Source: a virus (lineage: Duplodnaviria; Heunggongvirae; Uroviricota; Caudoviricetes). From it: a stretch of DNA of 64,000 nucleotides. The notes beneath the pieces were generated by a model. It searched no databases, was not told the origin of the DNA, and was given only the letters and a program-made list of their open reading frames with translations. Both the position numbers and the translations under genes were made by a program. Shown here in pieces: positions 15,500 to 25,336 of the stretch. Location: IMG/VR virus record IMGVR_UViG_3300007351_000001, one strand, 5' to 3'. Positions within the stretch are counted from its first letter, which is position 1. Each line of letters starts with the position of its first letter.

Positions 15500-17071
15500 T
15501 CACTCGGTCAAATACGCACGGAAGCGTATGCGATCGCCGTACACCACTTCGAGTTCGTGCCCGTCGGGCCAGCGCTCTTCTGCGCGCGGTGCCCACGGCA
15601 GATACCGACCGAGGAAGAAGAACGCCGCTGGCGGGGTGACATCGCCCCAGGCGCCATCCTCGGCCGCACGAAACTCGCGCGATCGGTCCCGTGCATCCAA
15701 ATCCCCAGCAAGGAAGCGGAGCGTCTCGTAGTGCACGCTCCAGCGGTCGGAGAAGAAGTTGACCTGCGTGCCCGCCGGCAAGGTGACCACCTGCTCGGCG
15801 AAGAGCCGCAGTTCGGGTGCAAAGACGTGCTCGGCCTCTTCGGTCTTGAGCGACGCCGGGTAACGCAAGATGTCCACCGCGGCACTGAGAGCGAGAATCG
15901 CCCCGAGCGCGGCCGTCCACTGGTAGCGCTTGGAGTGCCACAAGGCGCCGAGCGGCAGCGCCGCCAGGAACGCGATGAACGGCGCGAGCGCCAGCGTGCG
16001 TCGGAAGTCGCCGTTGCCAGTGGTCAGGATCGCTCCCCACGGGAAGATCAAGACAGCTGCGCAGCAGACGGCGCACGCCCAGTCGAACCGGCGATGCCAA
16101 GCCAGCACGAAGCCGACAGCGGCGGCGATCGAGATCAGTGGGTTGATCGGTGGGAAGCCTGGACTGGACAGGCCGTCACCGAAGTCTGGGCGCCCGCCAG
16201 CGAGAAGCCCAACAACGAACTTCCCTAGCTCGGCGATGATGAGCGCCACGCGCTCCCACCAGTGCGCCGCGGCCAGCCACTCCTCGGACGTGAAGATCAT
16301 CAGGCCGGAAGCGCGGTTGAAGTACTGCTGTGGGTTCTCGACCGCATACAAGATCATCGGCACCACCGCGGTGCTCACCGCCACCGCGAAAATGGTCGCC
16401 CGCGCCAGGTAGCGATCAGACGGCTCACGGATTTTCGCCAGCACGAACATAGCCGCGTAGAGCGCAAAGGTGAGTGGATAGGCGTTGTACGTGTAGATCC
16501 CCAAGCCTGCGAGGAACCCCGCGGCCAGGGACAGCCCTGGGTGCGCACGGGTACGCAGCGCGTAGGTGAGCACGATGCAGGTCGCCAGCATCACCAGCGG
16601 CCAACTCGCCACCATGTAGCCGGTGCGGCTCAGGTGGAAGTGCCACGGCATGCACGCCAGCAGGAAGGCGGCGATGGTCGCCTGTGGGCGTGAGAACCAG
16701 AGCAACCCGAGCACGTAGGTGAGCACCACCGTGGCGATACCGAGGACCGCGATCGCCCCACGCAGCGTCGTCATCGAGACACCGAAGACAGAGAAGACGG
16801 CGGCGACCCAGTAGAGCGGCCCGGCCGGTTGCCCCAGTCCGCTGGGGTAGACGTAGGGACCGATCCAGCCTTCGTCGAGGATGCGCTGGGCATCGAGCCC
16901 GGTGAGCGCCTCATCGCCGTGGAGACCGAACGGCACGTCGCCGATCCCCACCAAGCGGACCAGTGCGGCGAAGACCGCCACCACCAGCCCCAGGCTGATG
17001 GTCAGCGCCCGCTCCCGCGTCGCCGTCGCCACCCCTGCCTGCGCCGGGGCGGCGGCAACCCGAAACATCAT
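15500..17071 (-). CDS. GT-C fold multi-pass membrane glycosyltransferase (ArnT/PMT-like, GT39/GT83)
   Basis: FAALVRL...P.GLHGDEA (DE acceptor motif), QPAGPLY, RLAIAVLG..TV.LTY, PWHFHLSRTG; many TM segments plus a C-terminal extracytoplasmic domain. Confidence 0.85.
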   Translation of the reverse strand: MMFRVAAAPAQAGVATATRERALTISLGLVVAVFAALVRLVGIGDVPFGLHGDEALTGLDAQRILDEGWIGPYVYPSGLGQPAGPLYWVAAVFSVFGVSMTTLRGAIAVLGIATVVLTYVLGLLWFSRPQATIAAFLLACMPWHFHLSRTGYMVASWPLVMLATCIVLTYALRTRAHPGLSLAAGFLAGLGIYTYNAYPLTFALYAAMFVLAKIREPSDRYLARATIFAVAVSTAVVPMILYAVENPQQYFNRASGLMIFTSEEWLAAAHWWERVALIIAELGKFVVGLLAGGRPDFGDGLSSPGFPPINPLISIAAAVGFVLAWHRRFDWACAVCCAAVLIFPWGAILTTGNGDFRRTLALAPFIAFLAALPLGALWHSKRYQWTAALGAILALSAAVDILRYPASLKTEEAEHVFAPELRLFAEQVVTLPAGTQVNFFSDRWSVHYETLRFLAGDLDARDRSREFRAAEDGAWGDVTPPAAFFFLGRYLPWAPRAEERWPDGHELEVVYGDRIRFRAYLTE

Positions 17072-17193
17072 GGTCGGCGCGTAGCATACCTCTTCAGCTT
17101 TTGTCCAGCACCACCTCACCACCCCACCACACTGACGGCACCGGTCGTCATTAACCGCGGCCTTTTTGTGAGCCGCGAAGCGAGGTCACCCGC

Positions 17194-17820
17194 ATGGGTA
17201 TCCATGTCTTGGCAACGAACCTGGCGCAGCAGAATGGGTTCTTCGAGCCCCAGCGCCAGCACAACTGGAACCTGGAGATCACGGGTATCGGCGACGGCAA
17301 CGACGCCGAGATCATCTCGCTCTCGCTCGCCAACGGATTCATTCCCCAGGTGGCGAACGAAGAGGTCGAGATCCCGTACGGCAACGAGCGCGTGTACGTC
17401 GCCGGCAAGGCTGTCTGGGCAGCCGGTACGGTGACGGTGCGCGACTGGGTGGACCGTCGCACGGCGGCAGTGCTCTACAACTGGCGTCTGCAGGTCTACA
17501 ACCCGGTCACCGGTCGCATCGGTCTGGCGAGCCAGTACAAGAAGAAGGCCTTCGTGGTCCTCTTCGGCCCGAACCAGGACGAGATCGGCGGCGTAGTTTC
17601 CAACCCGAAGATGGAACGGGAATGGGAGCTGATCGGCTGCTGGCCGCAGACGGTCAACTACGCCGCGAACGGACTCGACATGTCGTCCAGCGGACAGGTC
17701 ATGATCGAGCTGAACCTGCGCTACGACAAGGCCATCGCAACGCAGATCGAGTCGGCTGGATCTGGCGGCAACATCATCAACCAGATCCTCACCAACCCCC
17801 TCGCGGTGGTTGGTCTCTGA
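17194..17820 (+). CDS. Tail tube protein (T4 gp19-like)
   Basis: FEPQRQHNW; IPYGN...YVAGK..W...TVTVRD; QYKK; EWELIGCWP. Confidence 0.88.
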   Translation: MGIHVLATNLAQQNGFFEPQRQHNWNLEITGIGDGNDAEIISLSLANGFIPQVANEEVEIPYGNERVYVAGKAVWAAGTVTVRDWVDRRTAAVLYNWRLQVYNPVTGRIGLASQYKKKAFVVLFGPNQDEIGGVVSNPKMEREWELIGCWPQTVNYAANGLDMSSSGQVMIELNLRYDKAIATQIESAGSGGNIINQILTNPLAVVGL

Positions 17821-17960
17821 TGCACGTTGCCGAGCTGTTTGGGCCTCCTTGCAGCTCGGCTTCCGGAGCCCGGTGGACCATCACCGGCACCACCCACCAC
17901 CCGGCGACCCACCGGGCTCCGACCCATTAGCCGCGCCGCGTGTAAGGCGCAGGAGAAGAC

Positions 17961-18818
17961 ATGGACGACCGTGAAATCCTCGGTACGTCGGTGGAGCTGC
18001 CGTCGCACGGCCTCCCCTACGACGACAAGCTGCCCGATGGTGAAGTGATCGTCGCGCCGATGACCTCGCAAGAGGAGAAGGTGCTAGCCGGCTCGGGACC
18101 ACAGGCTGCACTGCGCGCGATGGACATCCTCATCGACCGCTGCGTGCCCAAGCTCCGTGAAGTCGGGCTCAAGGCCAGTGACCTGGTCGTGGGCGACCGC
18201 TTCTATCTCATGATGGTGATCCGCGCCGTCACCTACGGCGCGCAGTACCAGTTCCAGCTCACCTGCCCGAGCTGCAGTCAGCGCTTTCTGCACACGCTGG
18301 AGGTGCCTGACGACTTCACCATCTACAAGCTCGCCGACACGTTCAGCGAGCCGTTCATGGTCGACCTGCCGATGTGCAAGGGCAAGCTCGGCCTCCGGCT
18401 GCTGCGCGGCAAGGACGAGCACGAGATCATCAAGTACATGGATCGCGTGTACAAGAACGTCGACCGCCGCTTGGCCGGCGATCCGGCGTTCACCTACCGC
18501 CTCTCGCGCCAGATCGAGTCGATCGGTTCGGAGAAGGGCACGCTGACGCGCAGCGACAAGGGCGCCGAGGACAAGATCCTGGAGTTCGTCGAGCACCTGC
18601 ACGCGCGCGACACTGCGGCAATCCGCCAAGCACTTTCCGACAACGATTGCGGACCAGACCCGGAGGTTTCGACCGAGTGCCCGCGATGTGGCCAGCCGCT
18701 GGACACGTCGCTGCCGTACTCGGCCGAGTTTTTTCGTCCGGGAGGTCGACGCCGACCCCCAACAGCCCCAGCTGCGTCCGTGGAAGAACCGAGTGCAGCA
18801 GTGGCTGGGGGCGAGTGA
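17961..18818 (+). CDS. Tail/baseplate hub assembly chaperone (T4 gp26-like, G-type)
   Basis: AGGAG SD; VELPSHG..Y...PMT..EEK.L; CPSC and CPRCG zinc knuckles; position between tube and tape measure. Confidence 0.75.
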   Translation: MDDREILGTSVELPSHGLPYDDKLPDGEVIVAPMTSQEEKVLAGSGPQAALRAMDILIDRCVPKLREVGLKASDLVVGDRFYLMMVIRAVTYGAQYQFQLTCPSCSQRFLHTLEVPDDFTIYKLADTFSEPFMVDLPMCKGKLGLRLLRGKDEHEIIKYMDRVYKNVDRRLAGDPAFTYRLSRQIESIGSEKGTLTRSDKGAEDKILEFVEHLHARDTAAIRQALSDNDCGPDPEVSTECPRCGQPLDTSLPYSAEFFRPGGRRRPPTAPAASVEEPSAAVAGGE

Positions 18819-19146
18819 CGTCCAGCAAATCTACCGGGAAGAGTTCCAGCTCGAATACTTCCTCCACTGGACCAAGCGGGACGTCGAGCACTGCTCGGTG
18901 TTCGAGCGGCAGGAGCACATCCGCATGCTGGTCGATCAGTTCGAGAAGGAAAAGGAAGCCATGAAGGGTGAGAAGCGCGGTCAGTCGCTGCTGCGCAAGC
19001 CGATGCCTGGTGAGGCGCACGGTTCGACTGACATGGAGAAGCTGCACCCCATCATGGGGGCACGAGCACAACAGCGGGCCACCCGTGCGTCTTCGCTCCG
19101 CGCGACGGCGCCACAGGGACCGCTGCGGATCTCCACGCCTGAGTAA
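18688..19146 (+). CDS. Second tail-assembly chaperone segment (gp51-like/T-type), probably reached by frameshift
   Basis: IYREEFQLEYFLHWTKRDVEHCSVFERQEHIRMLVDQFEKE resembles gp51-like segments. No good start ahead of the conserved part; the frame overlaps TTT-TTT-CGT at 18729-18737. Confidence 0.65.
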   Translation: MASRWTRRCRTRPSFFVREVDADPQQPQLRPWKNRVQQWLGASDVQQIYREEFQLEYFLHWTKRDVEHCSVFERQEHIRMLVDQFEKEKEAMKGEKRGQSLLRKPMPGEAHGSTDMEKLHPIMGARAQQRATRASSLRATAPQGPLRISTPE

Positions 19147-22100
19147 TGGCACAAGACCGCAACGGCCGTCTGGTCGACGTCACCAACAAGGGCATCGAGT
19201 TCACGCTCTACTTCCGCGACCTCGCGACGAAGGCTGTCGAGGGGATGAGCGGCGCCATGGACAAGATGGTGAAGGGGCTGGAAACCGCGATGCGCAAGAC
19301 CTCGTCTGGTGCGCGATCAGCGGCCGATATGCTGCAGAAGCTCCAGGAGCGCCAAGACCGCGAGCGCGGGATGGTGACGCCCATTGGTGCGTCCAAGCAC
19401 GCACCGGAGTTCATCGAGAAGCTGCGGCTCATCATGGAGCGCTTCAGCACGCGGCAGATCGAGCTGATGCAAGAGCAGCGCTTCGAGCTGGAGCGGCTGC
19501 TGGGCAGCTTCACCGAGGTCAAGCACGAAGGCGAGGGCGTCGAGGAGCAGTTCAAGGAGACGACCGACCAGGTCGGGAAGTTCGTCGACGCACTCGGCAA
19601 GATCGGCGTCACGGCGTACGGCGCGAAGCGCCTGGCTGGCATGTTCGTCGACTGGACTGCGGAGATGGCCGACGCCCGTGGCGAGCTGGAGCGGTTGCAG
19701 ATCGCGATGACCGCCGGCACGCCGCAGATCAAGACGTGGCGTGAGGAAGCGCGAGCCGCGGCCGGCGACCTGATCAACCTCACGCTGCAGACGCGAACGA
19801 CCACCGAAGAGCAGCTGCAGGTCTACCGCCTGCTGATGCAGCAGAACATCGCCTTCGAGGGACTCGGCCGGCGCATCGCCGAAGAGTCGCTCAAGCTCGG
19901 CAAGTTCACGCAGCTCGGCGCCGAAGGGTTCGAGCAGATGTTCGCGTACCTCCACAAGACGCTGGAGGTGTCGGAGAACGACATGCCGCGGGCGATGGAC
20001 CGTATGTCCGGCGCGATGATCATCGCGCGCCGGAACGGGGTTGCCTCGTTCTCCGAGATCCAAGAGCAGATGAATCGTCTCTCGGACTCGGCGACGTACA
20101 TCTACAACCGGCTGCGCAACCTGGGGGTCGGCTTGGAAGAGGCGCAGCACCGCGCCATGAGCTTCACCGAGCGTGCAACGGCGATGGGCACGGTGCTTCG
20201 CGAAGTGGGTGTCAATGCCGACGTCGTGCAGTCGGCGTTCAACACGCTGACCAAAGTTGGCACCGACGAGTTCAACCGCTTGGTGACCTTCATTGCCGGC
20301 AACTCCGGCGTCGCCGCCGATCACATCCAGAAGATGCTCGACTCGGGCGATCCGACTGCGTTCATCGAAGCCCTGCTCACCACAGCGCAGAACTTCTCGG
20401 GCCGTATCGGAGATCTCACCGCCGAGGCGCAGCAGAAGATGCTCGGCTCGCTTGGCCAGGACATCCAGCACCTCACGCAGATCACCGCGGCGCAGAACGA
20501 CAAGATCCGTGACCGGATGCGCTCGACCTTCGCGGAGCTGGACGCTAACGCCAAGAAGCCGGTGGTGTGGCAACACGCGTGGGAGGAGTTCTCGAAGACG
20601 TTCGGTCAACTGTGGGAGCGGCTCACGGCGGTCGGGCGCGCGTTCAAGAACGATCTCGGGCTCACGCTCTCCGACGTCGTGCTGCCGGTCCTCATCAAGG
20701 TCGTCGACGTCATGGAGTACCTCTTCATCACCACCGACAAGGGGGAGAAGAAGCTCTCGACGTTCGGCCACGCGATGCAGCTCGCGTTCTCGGCTGCAGC
20801 GATCGCCGCCAGTGCGTTCTTCGGGTTCGCCACCGTGCATCGCCTCTGGAAGCTCGTCACAGGCATGGAAGAGGCAGCAATGGTCGCTCACACCCTCGGC
20901 CGTGCGTGGACGGCAGCGCGCACCGCTGCGATCGCTTTCGGCACCGCCCTGCGCGGGCTCACGCTCGCCAGTGTAGGCGCCGCGCTTTTGAACCCGTGGA
21001 TCGCCATCCCGGCGCTGATCATCGGCGCCACCATCTTGGTGGTGAAGTACTGGGACACGATCACGGAGGGCTTCGAGGGCGCGAAGATGTTCGTCGAGGA
21101 CCTCTGGCTCGGGATGAAGGATCTCTGGAACACGAGCCTCGTCGGTCAGTTCATCAACACCATCGTGAGCGGTGTCGGCACGGTGATCAGTGCATTGCAG
21201 GAAGTGGGGAAGGTGATCATCAAGGCGGTCATCTGGCCGTTCAGCAAGCTCTCGGAACTCGTCGGCGGCATCTTCGAGGAGATCTGGGCGCGCCTTCCTG
21301 ACTGGGGCAAGACCTTGCTGACGCTTGGCTCCAATGCGTTGCGGATGATGCCTGGCGTCGGCCCGCTGTTGCAGGCGGGAGATGCCGTTGCTGGTACGGC
21401 GAGCCATGGCCGCGACGTGCGAGCGGAACAAGATCGCCTCGCACACATCGAGCGGCTGGTCGCCGCCGGCTACTCGCGTGACCAGGCTGAACAGTTCAGC
21501 AAGAAGGCGTCTGCAGTCGCTGTCACGAGCAGCACCGCGCCGACTGACCAGGCCGGCGACATGGCGAAGGCGATCGGAGACCTGTCAGGTTCCACGCAAG
21601 AGCAGGCGTCGGTGTTGGAGAAGCAGCTCGCCGCCCAGCTGCATGCGGCCGACGCGCAAGGGCAACTGACCAGTGCGACCGATGCTTTGCGGACCACGAT
21701 GCAGGCCGGCCAGCAACAGGGGCAGCAGATCATCTCCGCGCAGATGCTGGCCTACCAGCAGATCCAGCGGGTCCTGCAGCAGTCGCTCACCAACGAAGCA
21801 ACGCAGCGCACCGGGCTCACGGACATCCAGCGGGCGATTCAATCGGTTGCCGCCGGCATGCAGTTCAAGTCGCCGGAGCAAGCCACGCCGGGCAATCCGA
21901 CCGCGGCGTACGTCGCCGGGGACGGAGCACCGCCGGTTGCGATCCCCGAGCCGCCGAAACAGGAAGACTTCGACACGCGCATCGACTACCGCAACGCACT
22001 CGATCAGTGGCAGAAGAACCGCGAGTCGCTGACGCAAAAGGTCGACCAGGCCTGGTCCGCACGGCAACAGACCACTGCCACGCCGCCGCCGGCAACGGAC

Positions 22101-22304
22101 CCATCCGCCCCCGGCACTGACACCACGCAGTCGATGCTCGGGCGGCAGCGCGAGCGCGTGCGCGTCGACAACACGGACGTCGTCGGCGCGATCAGCGCTG
22201 GCAACTCGCAGATCATCGCGCAGCTGGAGAAGCTGAACCAGACCGTCGACCGCCAGAATGCTGGAGGCGGTAGCGCCATCAACACGTGGAGGATGCAACA
22301 GTGA
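19146..22304 (+). CDS. Tape measure protein
   Basis: 1052 aa helical Ala/Gln-rich protein with central hydrophobic segments; directly after the chaperones. Confidence 0.9.
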   Translation: MAQDRNGRLVDVTNKGIEFTLYFRDLATKAVEGMSGAMDKMVKGLETAMRKTSSGARSAADMLQKLQERQDRERGMVTPIGASKHAPEFIEKLRLIMERFSTRQIELMQEQRFELERLLGSFTEVKHEGEGVEEQFKETTDQVGKFVDALGKIGVTAYGAKRLAGMFVDWTAEMADARGELERLQIAMTAGTPQIKTWREEARAAAGDLINLTLQTRTTTEEQLQVYRLLMQQNIAFEGLGRRIAEESLKLGKFTQLGAEGFEQMFAYLHKTLEVSENDMPRAMDRMSGAMIIARRNGVASFSEIQEQMNRLSDSATYIYNRLRNLGVGLEEAQHRAMSFTERATAMGTVLREVGVNADVVQSAFNTLTKVGTDEFNRLVTFIAGNSGVAADHIQKMLDSGDPTAFIEALLTTAQNFSGRIGDLTAEAQQKMLGSLGQDIQHLTQITAAQNDKIRDRMRSTFAELDANAKKPVVWQHAWEEFSKTFGQLWERLTAVGRAFKNDLGLTLSDVVLPVLIKVVDVMEYLFITTDKGEKKLSTFGHAMQLAFSAAAIAASAFFGFATVHRLWKLVTGMEEAAMVAHTLGRAWTAARTAAIAFGTALRGLTLASVGAALLNPWIAIPALIIGATILVVKYWDTITEGFEGAKMFVEDLWLGMKDLWNTSLVGQFINTIVSGVGTVISALQEVGKVIIKAVIWPFSKLSELVGGIFEEIWARLPDWGKTLLTLGSNALRMMPGVGPLLQAGDAVAGTASHGRDVRAEQDRLAHIERLVAAGYSRDQAEQFSKKASAVAVTSSTAPTDQAGDMAKAIGDLSGSTQEQASVLEKQLAAQLHAADAQGQLTSATDALRTTMQAGQQQGQQIISAQMLAYQQIQRVLQQSLTNEATQRTGLTDIQRAIQSVAAGMQFKSPEQATPGNPTAAYVAGDGAPPVAIPEPPKQEDFDTRIDYRNALDQWQKNRESLTQKVDQAWSARQQTTATPPPATDPSAPGTDTTQSMLGRQRERVRVDNTDVVGAISAGNSQIIAQLEKLNQTVDRQNAGGGSAINTWRMQQ

Positions 22305-22981
22305 CGCTGCCGACCGGACAGGTCCATGACGCGATGATCATCGACCTCTTGGAAACGCGCGTGCTGGAGTTCGTCTACATGCCAGCGGAGTTCTCCGAGT
22401 CGAAGGCTGCGGAGTGGGCGAACGTCAACATCCTCGGTCGCTCTGAGCCGATCGTTTCGTACTCGCACTCTGGCCCGCGTGTCTTCAACCTGAACCTCTG
22501 GTTCATCGTGCACGGTGAGCGCTCATACGCCCAGGAGATCCTCGAACCGATCCGCCTGATCCGTTCGTGGGTCTACCCGTACTACTCGACCCAAGAACGC
22601 GGGCAGCCCAACACTCGCCTCTCGACGCCACCGACCCTGCTGTTCGTGGTCGGCAGCTGGTTGCGTCAGCGCTGCATCGCGCAGCGCTACAACATCACCT
22701 ACCGCGCGCCGTGGGGCCGCGACGACGTCAACCTGTCGAGTGCCGCGACGGTGGAGAACGTCACCGACGCGTTCGGCAATGTCATCGGCCAGCAATCTGT
22801 GCCGGCGACCATCGTCGCGCGCGGAGACTCCATGGTCCCCTTCGTGGTCGAGGTGAATCTGCAGCTGCAGGAGGTGAACGAGAACATCCCGCAGCGCTCG
22901 CCGTTCGACACCTTCCAGGTCCGCCACGGCGACGACCTGATCAACCTCGCGGAGTTCCTGCGCGAGCGTCCAGGAACGTAA
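22301..22981 (+). CDS. Tail tube initiator/baseplate protein
   Basis: GTGA overlap; F.Y.P.E.SESK.AEW....ILGRSEP..SY..SGPR; PP..LF..G. Confidence 0.7.
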   Translation: MTLPTGQVHDAMIIDLLETRVLEFVYMPAEFSESKAAEWANVNILGRSEPIVSYSHSGPRVFNLNLWFIVHGERSYAQEILEPIRLIRSWVYPYYSTQERGQPNTRLSTPPTLLFVVGSWLRQRCIAQRYNITYRAPWGRDDVNLSSAATVENVTDAFGNVIGQQSVPATIVARGDSMVPFVVEVNLQLQEVNENIPQRSPFDTFQVRHGDDLINLAEFLRERPGT

Positions 22982-22982
22982 C

Positions 22983-23327
22983 GTGGCCGATCCACAGGGC
23001 ATCCTCTCGATTCAGCGAGTCCGGTTGCCGCGCACGTCGCGGTACCGGACGACGCTTGTCTATCCCGACTTGGGGCCGAGCTTCGGCCGCTTTGACCACC
23101 GTCCCCTCGACTTGCCATCGCACGAGAGCGACGACTACCACCGTGTCATCTTGGGAGAACAGTTCCGTCTCGATCTGGTGGCGTGGAAACGCTACGGCAC
23201 GCCGCGGCTGTGGTGGGTGCTGGCACTCATCAACGAGATTCGGAACCCGTTCGTTGCGCCCGCGGTCAATACGCTCCTGCGCGTCCCGACCATCGAGCGC
23301 GTGGTCTCACAGATCCTGAAGCAATGA
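22983..23327 (+). CDS. Baseplate wedge protein, T4 gp53/P2 gpX (LysM-like)
   Basis: RLDLVAWKRYGTPRLWWVLALIN.I.NPF. Confidence 0.85.
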   Translation: MADPQGILSIQRVRLPRTSRYRTTLVYPDLGPSFGRFDHRPLDLPSHESDDYHRVILGEQFRLDLVAWKRYGTPRLWWVLALINEIRNPFVAPAVNTLLRVPTIERVVSQILKQ

Positions 23328-25336
23328 GTACGCGACGCGCAGACGCTCAAACCCGACAGATCATCGAACGCGAGGCCGCTCAGGCGGGGATCGACCCCGA
23401 CCTGTTGGAGGCGATCTACAACCAGGAGTCGAGCGCGAACCCGTTCCAGGAAGCGCGGACCGACACCAACGGCAAGCTCTCCTACGGGCCGTTCCAGATC
23501 CAGCACGCGCGAGCGATCGACCAGGGGTTCTCCGGCAATCCGAATGAGCTGGTGCCCAACCCGCTCTACGGCAATCCGAACTACCCCGGCGCGCCGCAGT
23601 TCGTGAAGCGCCTGGACGCGTTGGATACGAACATCCACTTCGCGGCGCTCGCCATCAACGACAATCAGGCCCGGTGCAGCGGTGATCCGCAGTGCCTTGC
23701 GGCCGGCTACAACTGCCCGGCCTGTGCCCGTGGCGGGGCTGACGGCAACTATGGGGCTGCCCAGATCTACTCGAACAGCGTGATGAAGCACTACGCTGGG
23801 ATCAAAGGCGGCACGTACACCGCGGACAACGTCAACCCGCCCGGCAATCACCGGCGCTACACTCCGAATCGTCCTGGCGGGCCGGGTGACGAGCCGATCG
23901 ACCCTGCGCAGTTGGAGTTCGTCTGCAAAGCGGATCTTGACGAGGACCTCTTTCCCGACGGCGCGCCGCTGCCACCAAACCCGAACCACCCTACCTTCCA
24001 GTTCACGGTTGGCGCGCTGCTCACCGCCGAGGGCGAGCCCACCGGCGGCTTCGATCTCACCCCCACGCGCCCGCAGTACATCCAGTACTTCGAGTACGTC
24101 GACAACATCGGCGTGTGGTCGGACCAGTTCACGTTGCGGATCTTCGATCCGAGCTGGGACATTGTCGCCGAGAACGAAGTGCTCTCGGCGATCCGCACGG
24201 CGAACACCGAGAACCCACAGGTCGGTGGGGATTCGCGTACCACGCGGCAGATCTTCGGGTTCGAGAACTGCATCATGAGCTGGGGCTACACCGCCGCGCC
24301 CGAGCGCACGCTGAACCAGATGCTGCGCACTGACGGGCTCTGGTCGCGCAACCATGCCGGGGTCGTGCTGGAGTACTCGCCGCGCTTCCTCGGCTTTGGG
24401 GTCGAGATCACGCTGAGCGGCCAGTCGAACGAGTCAGTGCAACGCCTCACCGCGAAGTCGCGCACCTGGCCTGGGCAGATTCAGCGGTCCGGCACCACGA
24501 TCTCCGACATCGTACAGCAGCTCTGTGATGAGAACGGCTGGGGCTCGTGCATCTTGCCGACGCAGCCGCTCACCCTGCACAACGAGCCGCTCAAGTTCGA
24601 CCAGGCGCAGATGGATGACCTCTACTTCATCCAGCACGTCCTGCGTCCGTTGGCGGTCGCTGCGCAGAACCCTTCGTTGACGGGCTTCCTCGCGCACTAC
24701 GACTCGCGCAACAACGTCCTGCACTTCCACCCGCCGATGTTCTCCAAGCTGGCGCGTCACTACACGTACGCGCGGCAGCGGCTCGGTGCGGTGATCAGCT
24801 TCCAGCCGCAGGTGAACCCCGCGATGATCGTGGCCCTTGGTGGGCACCGCATCGACTTTGGGGGCCTCGATGACGAGACCAAGGAACCGTTCACGGACTT
24901 CGTCACCGATCGCGACCTGCCAGACGCGCCGATCCTCGGGCCAGTGGGACCGCCCGACGAGATCACGCTCAGCACGCAGAAGTTTCTCATGGGCCTCACC
25001 TCGTCCTACCCGAAGAAGGACCTGGCGAAGATCGAGGCGAAGGCCATGTACGAGACGATGCGGTGGTCGACCGTCGAGTCGACGCTGGTCGTCGTCGGAG
25101 ACCCGACCATCCGCGCAGGGCAGGTAGTGCGCGTGACGGTCTTCAGCAAGAACGGCGAGCCGCACTACACGAGCGGGCTCTACCTCATCAAGGAGGCACG
25201 ACACGTGATCCAAGGTGGTGAGTACACGACCACGCTCTCGCTCCTGCGGAACGCGTACACGGGAGAGGATTCGTCCACGGTCGGGAACCTCGGCCAGGTC
25301 CTCTTCGGTGACCAGGTCTTCAATCGGGTGCGCTGA
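23324..25336 (+). CDS. Baseplate hub protein with N-terminal lytic transglycosylase (SLT) domain
   Basis: A...GIDPDLLEAIYNQESS, YGPFQI, NIHFAA...LAAGYN; C-terminal VVGDP.I.AG..V...SG.Y.I....H.I..G.YTT.L (gp27/late-control-D type). Confidence 0.85.
   Translation: MSTRRADAQTRQIIEREAAQAGIDPDLLEAIYNQESSANPFQEARTDTNGKLSYGPFQIQHARAIDQGFSGNPNELVPNPLYGNPNYPGAPQFVKRLDALDTNIHFAALAINDNQARCSGDPQCLAAGYNCPACARGGADGNYGAAQIYSNSVMKHYAGIKGGTYTADNVNPPGNHRRYTPNRPGGPGDEPIDPAQLEFVCKADLDEDLFPDGAPLPPNPNHPTFQFTVGALLTAEGEPTGGFDLTPTRPQYIQYFEYVDNIGVWSDQFTLRIFDPSWDIVAENEVLSAIRTANTENPQVGGDSRTTRQIFGFENCIMSWGYTAAPERTLNQMLRTDGLWSRNHAGVVLEYSPRFLGFGVEITLSGQSNESVQRLTAKSRTWPGQIQRSGTTISDIVQQLCDENGWGSCILPTQPLTLHNEPLKFDQAQMDDLYFIQHVLRPLAVAAQNPSLTGFLAHYDSRNNVLHFHPPMFSKLARHYTYARQRLGAVISFQPQVNPAMIVALGGHRIDFGGLDDETKEPFTDFVTDRDLPDAPILGPVGPPDEITLSTQKFLMGLTSSYPKKDLAKIEAKAMYETMRWSTVESTLVVVGDPTIRAGQVVRVTVFSKNGEPHYTSGLYLIKEARHVIQGGEYTTTLSLLRNAYTGEDSSTVGNLGQVLFGDQVFNRVR

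Noticed and set aside
17820-17930. 36-codon ORF coupled to the tube stop
   Set aside because: It coincides with strong hairpins and a candidate promoter and has no protein features; more likely non-coding.
19317-21446. Long antisense ORFs (also 23192-24355, 27416-29359, 34751-36448, 38833-41145, 47591-49261)
   Set aside because: Shadow frames of high-GC genes with no recognisable motifs.
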